Below, piece by piece: positions 56,857 through 64,000 of a stretch of DNA of 64,000 bases (positions within the stretch are counted from its first letter, which is position 1; the number at the start of each line of letters is the position of its first letter). The notes below the pieces were generated by a model. It searched no databases. It worked only from the letters and a program-made list of their open reading frames with translations, and had not been told where the DNA came from. The stretch is taken from NCBI GenBank assembly GCA_964358705.1, contig CAYHPL010000001.1:129202-193201 (forward strand), read 5' to 3'. This stretch comes from an uncultured Chitinophagales bacterium. GTDB taxonomy: Bacteria; Bacteroidota; Ignavibacteria; UBA10030; F1-140-MAGs086. The position numbers and the translations under genes were made by a program.

Positions 56857-57990
56857 TTACTTCATCAACATAAGCTTCTTTGTTTCGCTATAATTGCCGC
56901 TTTGCAATTTGTAGAAATATACACCGCTCTGTACATCGGTTGCATCCCATTGCACGGAGTAACTTCCGGCACTGAGATTCTCACTCATCAATGTTGCAAC
57001 TTCGCGTCCGAGTACATCAAATATTTTTACTGTCGTGAATCCTTCACTCGCAATCTTGAATGTAATCGTTGTAATCGGATTGAAGGGATTGGGATAATTT
57101 TGGTTGAGTGCAAAACCATCGGGAACTTCGCGGGAGAGTTCGTGTACAGCCGCTGCGCCGGTACGTATTTCATACGTAAAACTATTTACCAATACGTTGC
57201 CGCCGGTAAATGCGGTATCTACATCAAAACTTGTCATTGATAAGTCCGCGCCCCACATTGAAATACTGCGTCCGACATCACGGCTTTGAAATGTTCCGTT
57301 GCTGTACGTCATATTAACATAATCTTGCTGGACACGAATTGCTGGTTGCGAAGAACCATCAGGAAGTGAAAGTGTTCCGAAACCATTCGCATTGAATGTC
57401 CGCGTAGTAACTATTACATCGCCACTGGGACTGACGGTTGAATCTGTGCTTGTAGATTGCGTGCCAAGTGTAAGCGGAAGTGGAAACAGTTTTGATTTTG
57501 GGCTGCTGATGGAAACCATGAGTGTATCCATAAAGCCGGGAATGTAATAATGAAGCGCATACCCTAATCCGAATACGCCATTATCCGCAAGTTGATAGTA
57601 AATTGCAAGTGTCATAGTTGCGGGTGGATTGTACGTTACTTGCTTTGCCGCCACATTTGCATCAGGGAAACTTGCTGCACCGGGCAATCCTGTGGGAGAA
57701 ACATAATCGGTATAAGTAGTATCGCGCAATGAATCAATATCGGCGGGAAGAGTGCCGAAGTTAAATGCTTGTGCGCTGCTGGATGGATTGCCAACATCGA
57801 ACGATGCACTATTATCGAACTGACTCCCGATTTGAGCGCGGTGTGAGTTCATAAAATATTGTTCAAATGTTGCTCGGGTAATTGTAATCTGCGCATCCGC
57901 ACTGATGACAACGCCCAGGGTAATAATAAAGAGTAATAAGGAAGAGATTTTTTTCATAGTCGTAATAATTAATTGTGGCTTGATATACAT
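56857..57990 (-). CDS. T9SS C-terminal-domain secreted protein, function unknown
   Basis: Signal peptide; C-terminal NQNYPNPFNPITTITF...KKLMLMK. Confidence 0.65.
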   Translation of the reverse strand: MYIKPQLIITTMKKISSLLLFIITLGVVISADAQITITRATFEQYFMNSHRAQIGSQFDNSASFDVGNPSSSAQAFNFGTLPADIDSLRDTTYTDYVSPTGLPGAASFPDANVAAKQVTYNPPATMTLAIYYQLADNGVFGLGYALHYYIPGFMDTLMVSISSPKSKLFPLPLTLGTQSTSTDSTVSPSGDVIVTTRTFNANGFGTLSLPDGSSQPAIRVQQDYVNMTYSNGTFQSRDVGRSISMWGADLSMTSFDVDTAFTGGNVLVNSFTYEIRTGAAAVHELSREVPDGFALNQNYPNPFNPITTITFKIASEGFTTVKIFDVLGREVATLMSENLSAGSYSVQWDATDVQSGVYFYKLQSGNYSETKKLMLMK

Positions 57991-58110
57991 ATAATTGAAG
58001 ATGGGGATGCCTCATAGAGATATGTTTGTCTATGCATATTTACAATAAAACATTCCCCCCATAGACAAATTACGATGCAAAGATAGAAAACTTAATCCTA
58101 TTCTGCAACA

Positions 58111-58146
58111 AATAAAAAAAGCGATGGAGATGATTCCATCGCTTTA
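58111..58146 (-). terminator. rho-independent terminator after the S8 peptidase gene
   Basis: AAAGCGATGGA-loop-TCCATCGCTTT followed by a T-run on the minus strand. Confidence 0.5.
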
Positions 58147-58170
58147 AGAAACAAGGTAATGAGTGATGCA

Positions 58171-61071
58171 CTATTTCATCAAAAGCATCTTCTTCACAGT
58201 AACGTTACGGTCTGTTTGCAATCGCGTAAAATATATTCCGCTCGGCAGATTGGATGCATCGAATTGAAAGGAATATGTTCCTGCATTGCGATGTTCATTA
58301 TTGATAAGCGTAGTAATTTCTTTTCCGAGCACATCAAATATTTTTAGCGTTACATTGCCCGATGAAGGGAGCGAATATACAATTGTCGTATTCGGATTGA
58401 ATGGGTTTGGATAATTTTCGAGCAGTGCAAATTGTGCAGGCGCTGCGTTTTCATCTTGTACAGAAAGTCCGCTGCGAATCTGCATCCATTTTGCTTTTGC
58501 TGCGTCTGCATTTTCCTGCATTTGTGCAAGTGAACTATCACCGACAGCAATAGCAAAACCAATTGTTATATATTCGTTTGGCTGAATGGTGTATGGACCC
58601 GAAGCAATAACATTATGAACATCCGCAGGACCTCCTGTATTTGTTGTCGTACCGCCGCTAATCCATCCCCACTTATCTGCTCGCGTCAATCCGATTCCTG
58701 CTGCATTAATAAGAGCGCGATAACTTTTTGCGCTATCAAGTGCGCGAATACCAATATATTCTTTACGAGCGTTCACACCTGAATCGTAGCAATATCCGAG
58801 ACTTCGTGTTGCATCATACTTTGCGTAATTTGCAGTTGCCGCACCTAAATCCCAATCGTAAAACTGTCCGACGTGCACACTGGAAATTGCAACAGCAGTT
58901 GTATTTTTAATATCATAGCGCATAATAACGAATTTATTATTGGGTGATGTTCCAAAAGCATACGAATACATATCCACACGGAGCCCTATTTTATTTGCAG
59001 TCGGAGCACTGTTATCAGTAAAGAACGTGTAGCCATCCTGATCTGAAACAATGCCCGGCGTAGTAAGAGAGTAAAAATTAGTAGAGGCAAAATCTGCATC
59101 TTGTGCATTATTGGGATTGCGTACAACACTGACAGTTTTTGTTGCAGAAGTCCCGATAATTAATCCGCCTTCAAATAAATGATTTACTCCATTAAATATA
59201 CAACCATTTCCAAGCGAGTTTGTGGGAAAATCAAAGAAGCCGAGTTTGCCATTATTCGTCAATGTTAACTGAATTGCGCTTACATCCGTTGTCTGAAAGG
59301 TGGGATTGACGAGGAAGGTAAAATTCTGAACATCTGTATATCCGCCATCAGTAACGGTGAGTTTTACATTTACTTTGTGACTTGCGGGAACATTTGCTTT
59401 AACAAATAAACGGAATGGTATTGAAGAGTTAGAAGCAGTTCCGAGCGTAGGAATTGCTCCCATTACATAAGAACCATTTACAATGGTAATATATGTGCTT
59501 GTTGTAGTAAGCGTTACAGATGCATTTGTTGTTGGCGCAAGAAAATTTTGATAATTTGTAATAACGCTTAAAGTTTCTGATGGTTGTGGAAAACCGTTAC
59601 CATTGCCGCCGAAAGAATCAGACACAGCATATTTTTGCAAGCGAACAGAAGGAAGAGTAGAAGCAGTCATTGCAGCGCTTGCGTTTATTCTTCCACGTCC
59701 AAGTTGTCCGACATAACCAGGATTAATCGCATCAATATTCGTAGAAGTCATACGCACTTGTTCACCAACTTGAACAGCAGTGTAATCAGGAAAATGTGAT
59801 TTCACTAATCCGCACAATCCTGCAGTGAAAGGACTCGCCATAGAAGTGCCATCTAAATATGTATAAGAGTTATTATAAATAGTACTGTATATACTTGTAC
59901 CGGGGGCAGAGACATCAACAATTTCTCCATAGTTAGAAAACCCAGCTTTTATATCGCTTGAATTTGTTGCGGCAACTCCTAAGACATTTCTGTAACCTGC
60001 GGGAGATTGGAATCCATTAGTTCCATCATTTCCTGCCGCCGCTACAACAAGCGTTCCCAATTGCGTTGCCGCGTTAATAATATCCTGCTCGGATTGAGAG
60101 CCGCCCGTTCCGCCCCAACTGCAATTTACGACATCTGCGCCCATCATTGCGGCATAAACAATTCCCTGATATCCAGTGAGAATATAACCGTAGCCGCCTG
60201 GTGCGCGCGTATCATTATCCGCAGAACATTTCACGGGTAGTATTTTACATTTGAATCCAATAGATGCAATGCCAACACTATTATTTGTCGTTCCTGCCGC
60301 AATTCCTGCAACGTGTGTTCCATGTTCATTATTAGAACCCATCGGAGTTGGGTTGTTATCGCCGACAATGTTCTGCCAATTTGCGCCTGCAAAATCCCAT
60401 CCGTGAATGTCATCAATGTATCCGTTATTATCATCATCAACGTTGTTTCCTGCAATCTCATTAGGATTATTCCAGATGTTTGCGTTTAAATCAGGATGAG
60501 TCCATTGCACGCCGGAATCCACGATGCCTATTTTTACCGTATCGCTTCCCTGTTCAATATCCCACGCGGCAGGCGCGTTCACTTTTGGCAATCCCCATTG
60601 TGAACTGTATGAAGGGTCATTCGGAATAAAATTTGATTTATAAATAAACCATGGTTCTGCGTACTGAACTTCATTCAGTGCAGAAATCTGTTCAGCAAGT
60701 GTAAATGGGTCTTCCGGTGATGAGAATTTAACAATATAAAATTTTGTAAGGTCAACATCATCCGCTTTGGAAGGCGTTTGAGCAGTTGGAAACATTTTTT
60801 CAATGGAAGACAACGAAATGTGAGAAAGCGCGGCATCAACAGAAGAAATTCCGAACGCTGTTTTTGTCGGACTAACTTCACTATTGCTCATGAGTTTAAC
60901 AATAATTCTATCAGGAAGAAATTCGCTGTTAGAGCGTGACTTTATCTCAACATTGGGAACTCCATCAAGCGGAAGTTGCTTGTGTATAGTTCCTTTAGTA
61001 GAAATTCCAAGAGAAATCGCCTGCGTAATTGCGGCAAAAATAAGTGTGAGGTAGAGGTAGCGTAAGTTCAT
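58171..61071 (-). CDS. S8-family subtilisin-like serine peptidase with T9SS C-terminal domain
   Basis: Catalytic triad in context: GIVDSGV (Asp), HGTHVAG (His), GTSMASP (Ser). C-terminal ENYPNPFNPNTTIVY...KKMLLMK. Confidence 0.9.
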   Translation of the reverse strand: MNLRYLYLTLIFAAITQAISLGISTKGTIHKQLPLDGVPNVEIKSRSNSEFLPDRIIVKLMSNSEVSPTKTAFGISSVDAALSHISLSSIEKMFPTAQTPSKADDVDLTKFYIVKFSSPEDPFTLAEQISALNEVQYAEPWFIYKSNFIPNDPSYSSQWGLPKVNAPAAWDIEQGSDTVKIGIVDSGVQWTHPDLNANIWNNPNEIAGNNVDDDNNGYIDDIHGWDFAGANWQNIVGDNNPTPMGSNNEHGTHVAGIAAGTTNNSVGIASIGFKCKILPVKCSADNDTRAPGGYGYILTGYQGIVYAAMMGADVVNCSWGGTGGSQSEQDIINAATQLGTLVVAAAGNDGTNGFQSPAGYRNVLGVAATNSSDIKAGFSNYGEIVDVSAPGTSIYSTIYNNSYTYLDGTSMASPFTAGLCGLVKSHFPDYTAVQVGEQVRMTSTNIDAINPGYVGQLGRGRINASAAMTASTLPSVRLQKYAVSDSFGGNGNGFPQPSETLSVITNYQNFLAPTTNASVTLTTTSTYITIVNGSYVMGAIPTLGTASNSSIPFRLFVKANVPASHKVNVKLTVTDGGYTDVQNFTFLVNPTFQTTDVSAIQLTLTNNGKLGFFDFPTNSLGNGCIFNGVNHLFEGGLIIGTSATKTVSVVRNPNNAQDADFASTNFYSLTTPGIVSDQDGYTFFTDNSAPTANKIGLRVDMYSYAFGTSPNNKFVIMRYDIKNTTAVAISSVHVGQFYDWDLGAATANYAKYDATRSLGYCYDSGVNARKEYIGIRALDSAKSYRALINAAGIGLTRADKWGWISGGTTTNTGGPADVHNVIASGPYTIQPNEYITIGFAIAVGDSSLAQMQENADAAKAKWMQIRSGLSVQDENAAPAQFALLENYPNPFNPNTTIVYSLPSSGNVTLKIFDVLGKEITTLINNEHRNAGTYSFQFDASNLPSGIYFTRLQTDRNVTVKKMLLMK

Positions 61072-61241
61072 TATGGAAAAATATTAGTGTTTTAAATTTT
61101 GGCTTAAAAAATGGGAAAATTCCAGAACACTTTCAAAGGAAATTCCAAAAAAATTTATAAAAATGGAACTTTTTAAAATTAAGTATGTGTTTCAGAAGTT
61201 CAAAAATTTGTATTTTTCGCGCCTAAATTTAAAAAACATAA

Positions 61242-62231
61242 ATGGTAAAAGATATCCAACAATTAAACGAAAAGATTCAAAAAGAATCTGCATTTGTAGA
61301 TTTACTCACGCTTGAAATAGGGAAAGCCATTATAGGTCAAAAATATATGGTGGAACGCTTGCTCATCGGATTGCTGACAAACGGACACGTATTGCTCGAA
61401 GGCGTTCCCGGTCTTGCAAAAACGCTTGCAGTGAAATCACTCGCCGCATCTATCAATGCAAAATTTCAACGCATACAATTCACACCGGATTTACTTCCCG
61501 CCGATTTAATCGGAACAATGATTTACAATCAAAAGGACGGGAAGTTTGAAACAAAACACGGACCTATCTTTGCGAATTTTATACTTGCAGACGAAATCAA
61601 TCGCTCTCCTGCAAAAGTACAAAGCGCACTGCTCGAAGCAATGCAGGAACATCAGGTAACAATCGGCGAGCATACATACAAACTTCCCGAGCCGTTTCTT
61701 GTACTCGCAACACAAAATCCTATCGAACAGGAAGGAACATATCCGCTTCCCGAAGCGCAGGTTGATAGATTTATGCTGAAACTGAAAATTACGTATCCAA
61801 CGAAAGATGAAGAGTTGCTCGTGATGCGGCAAAATGTGAACGGACAAGCGACAGAAATTCGCAATGTAGTTTCGACAAAAGAAATTCTGAATGCACGTAC
61901 CGTTGTTGGCGAAATTTATATGGACGAAAAAATCGAACGCTACATTCTCGATATAGTTTTTGCCAGCAGGCAACCAAAAGATTACAAATTGGATTCGATT
62001 GCGAACCTCATCAATTATGGTGCATCTCCTCGTGCCTCCATCAATCTTGCGCTTGCATCAAAAGCGTACGCATTTATCAAACGCAGAGGCTATGTTATTC
62101 CCGAAGATGTTCGCGCAATTGCAATGGATGTTCTGCGTCATCGCATAGGTTTAACGTATGAAGCGGAAGCAGAAGAGAGAACCAGCGAAAGCATTGTGGA
62201 AGAGATTTTGAACAATGTTGAAGTGCCATAG
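61242..62231 (+). CDS. MoxR-family AAA+ ATPase
   Basis: AAA_3-type Walker A (GVPGLAKT) and Walker B (ILADEINR). Confidence 0.9.
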   Translation: MVKDIQQLNEKIQKESAFVDLLTLEIGKAIIGQKYMVERLLIGLLTNGHVLLEGVPGLAKTLAVKSLAASINAKFQRIQFTPDLLPADLIGTMIYNQKDGKFETKHGPIFANFILADEINRSPAKVQSALLEAMQEHQVTIGEHTYKLPEPFLVLATQNPIEQEGTYPLPEAQVDRFMLKLKITYPTKDEELLVMRQNVNGQATEIRNVVSTKEILNARTVVGEIYMDEKIERYILDIVFASRQPKDYKLDSIANLINYGASPRASINLALASKAYAFIKRRGYVIPEDVRAIAMDVLRHRIGLTYEAEAEERTSESIVEEILNNVEVP

Positions 62232-62326
62232 TAAATTAAAAATTAAAAGTTAAGAATTAAGAATCAAGGATAGATGCTTCGTTTGTTTACAAACAACAAA
62301 CCACGAATCATGATTCACGAATAAAG

Positions 62327-63202
62327 ATGACCACTAACGAAATATTAAAAAACGTACGAAAAATCGAAATTAAAACACGCGGTGTGGTGAATCAGATTTT
62401 TTCTGGCGAATACCATTCTGTATTTAAAGGAAGAGGAATGGATTTTTCGGAAGTGCGGGAATATCAATATGGTGATGACATTCGTACCATTGATTGGAAT
62501 GTGTCTGCACGGTACAATCGTCCGTACATAAAAATCTATGAAGAGGAGCGTGAATTAACTGTTATGCTTATTGTAGATTTTTCTCGTTCGGGAAATTTCG
62601 GTACAGTGGAAAAATTTAAAAATGAAATTGCTACTGAATTGTGCGCGGTTCTCGCTTTTTCTGCAATGAAGAATAATGATAAAGTTGGGATGATTGCATT
62701 TACAGACCACGTGGAAAAATTTATTCCACCCAAAAAAGGTCATTCGCATGTTTTACGCATCATTCGTGAAGTGCTTGCATTTGAACCAACGGGAAAAGGA
62801 ACAAATATTGCAGGCGCATTGGAATACCTTACGCACGCCATAAAGAAACGAAGTATAGCATTTGTTATCTCCGATTTTTTTGATGACGGTTATGAAAAAC
62901 CTTTACGGATTGCGAGCCGCAAACACGATGTTATTGCGTTGCAACTTTCTGACCCGAAAGAGCAACAGATGCCAAAAATGGGATTAGTAAAATTTCGCGA
63001 TGCAGAAACCGGAGATGCTCGATGGCTTGATACAAACAGCGCAACAGTACGGGAAATGTTTGCGCAGTATTTTCAGCAACTTCGCGAAAAGCAAAAGCAG
63101 TTGTTTGTAAAAACTCGCGTAGATGCAGTTCCTGTGCGTATTGACCAATCGTACATTACGCCGCTCGTGAATTTTTTTAGGATGAGAGAAGGAAGACGGT
63201 GA
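62327..63202 (+). CDS. DUF58 (vWA-like) protein, MoxR partner
   Basis: Conserved DUF58 core; standard MoxR-DUF58 pairing. Confidence 0.85.
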   Translation: MTTNEILKNVRKIEIKTRGVVNQIFSGEYHSVFKGRGMDFSEVREYQYGDDIRTIDWNVSARYNRPYIKIYEEERELTVMLIVDFSRSGNFGTVEKFKNEIATELCAVLAFSAMKNNDKVGMIAFTDHVEKFIPPKKGHSHVLRIIREVLAFEPTGKGTNIAGALEYLTHAIKKRSIAFVISDFFDDGYEKPLRIASRKHDVIALQLSDPKEQQMPKMGLVKFRDAETGDARWLDTNSATVREMFAQYFQQLREKQKQLFVKTRVDAVPVRIDQSYITPLVNFFRMREGRR

Positions 63203-64000
63203 AGAAATTACGAATTACGAAATATCAGTTACCAATCGCCGTTATTCGTCAATGGTCATTGATTATTTACGTTTTCTTGCTCTTTGCACTTTGCTCGCCG
63301 CTCCGCGCGCAACAAATAAGTGTAACTGCAAAACCCGACACAACTTCCATACTTGTCGGCGACCATCTTGGAATAACATTAACAATGAGAGCGCCGGAAG
63401 ATATTGTGTGGAATATGCCCGTGTTTGGCGATTCACTGAATGGATTTGAAATTCTTCGCCAAGAAAACGGAGAGCAGAAAAAAGAAGAGAATGAAGTAAT
63501 TCAGCAACTGCGATTATTTGTTTCGCGCTATGATTCCGGAACATTTGTTTTTCCTCCGCTTGGAATTTTTTATCACACAATGACGGATTCATCAAAGAGA
63601 ATTGCAGAGACGAGAGCATTTTTCATCAATGTAAGCACGCTCGATGTCGATACAGAAAAAGGAATACGTGATATTGCAGAACCGTTATCGTTGCCATGGT
63701 CTTTTTGGGAAATAATGATGTACGTCGGAATTATTGTCGTTATTTGCGTTGCAATAATTTTTGCGTGGTATTACTGGAAGAAGAAAAAACTGAAACAACC
63801 ACTATTTGAATTTGAAGAAATAAAACGTCCCGCACACGAAGTTGCGTTGGAATCACTCCACAAACTCGAAGGTGAAAAACTCTGGCAGCGTGGATTTGTG
63901 AAACAGTATCACAGTGAAGTTACGGAAATAATTCGTCGCTACATTGAAGGACGGTATGGCATCATCGCAATAGATATGACGAGCGATGAAATTCTCTCTG
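63199..64000 (+). CDS. Bat-operon-associated membrane protein (BatD/DUF4381-like), 3-prime partial
   Basis: GTG start overlaps the DUF58 stop. Signal peptide plus one TM helix (IIVVICVAIIFAWYYW). Open frame runs to the window end. Confidence 0.4.
   Translation, partial: MKKLRITKYQLPIAVIRQWSLIIYVFLLFALCSPLRAQQISVTAKPDTTSILVGDHLGITLTMRAPEDIVWNMPVFGDSLNGFEILRQENGEQKKEENEVIQQLRLFVSRYDSGTFVFPPLGIFYHTMTDSSKRIAETRAFFINVSTLDVDTEKGIRDIAEPLSLPWSFWEIMMYVGIIVVICVAIIFAWYYWKKKKLKQPLFEFEEIKRPAHEVALESLHKLEGEKLWQRGFVKQYHSEVTEIIRRYIEGRYGIIAIDMTSDEILS

Noticed and set aside
1-64000. tRNA, rRNA, integrase or transposase genes
   Set aside because: No T-loop (GGTTCGANTCC)-like cloverleaf candidates, rRNA signatures, or recombinase or transposase ORFs were seen by eye. 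A tRNAscan/Infernal run would be needed to be certain.

Overview
This 64 kb window looks like chromosome from an FCB-group bacterium (Ignavibacteria/Bacteroidota-like). The evidence is four to five proteins ending in a T9SS Por-secretion C-terminal sorting domain (NYPNPFNP...KMLLMK), AT-rich promoters without Shine-Dalgarno sequences, and roughly 40% GC. Most of the window is housekeeping: moaA and a moaC-mog fusion, gcvP, aroK/aroB, a complete Pho regulon (porin-pstSCAB-phoU, then a DUF47-PiT-ubiE-mqnD-phoB-phoR cluster), prs, rplY-rpsF-rpsR-rplI, H+-pyrophosphatase, NSS and POT transporters, trpF, and a MoxR-DUF58-Bat operon. Three AT-rich, probably horizontally acquired insertions carry defence-type genes. 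(1) Between moaC-mog and gcvP sits a tightly coupled three-gene cassette: a minimal GIY-YIG nuclease, a small acidic protein, and an 810-aa Rad50/SbcC-like ATPase with a CPLC zinc hook and a C-terminal zinc ribbon. This is my best candidate for an undescribed (Lamassu-like in logic) anti-phage system. (2) A 998-aa Type IIG (MmeI-like) restriction-modification fusion has a target-recognition region of sharply different composition. (3) A gamma-class N6-adenine methyltransferase sits next to a frameshifted PD-DxK restriction endonuclease. Other oddities: gcvP is interrupted by a single in-frame TAA; two unrelated intergenic loci each carry 8 exactly phased 21-bp tandem repeats; a triple 7+4 direct-repeat candidate Pho box lies upstream of the pst operon; a perfect 22-bp palindrome lies upstream of a 1205-aa T9SS adhesin gene. 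No tRNA, rRNA or CRISPR were seen.
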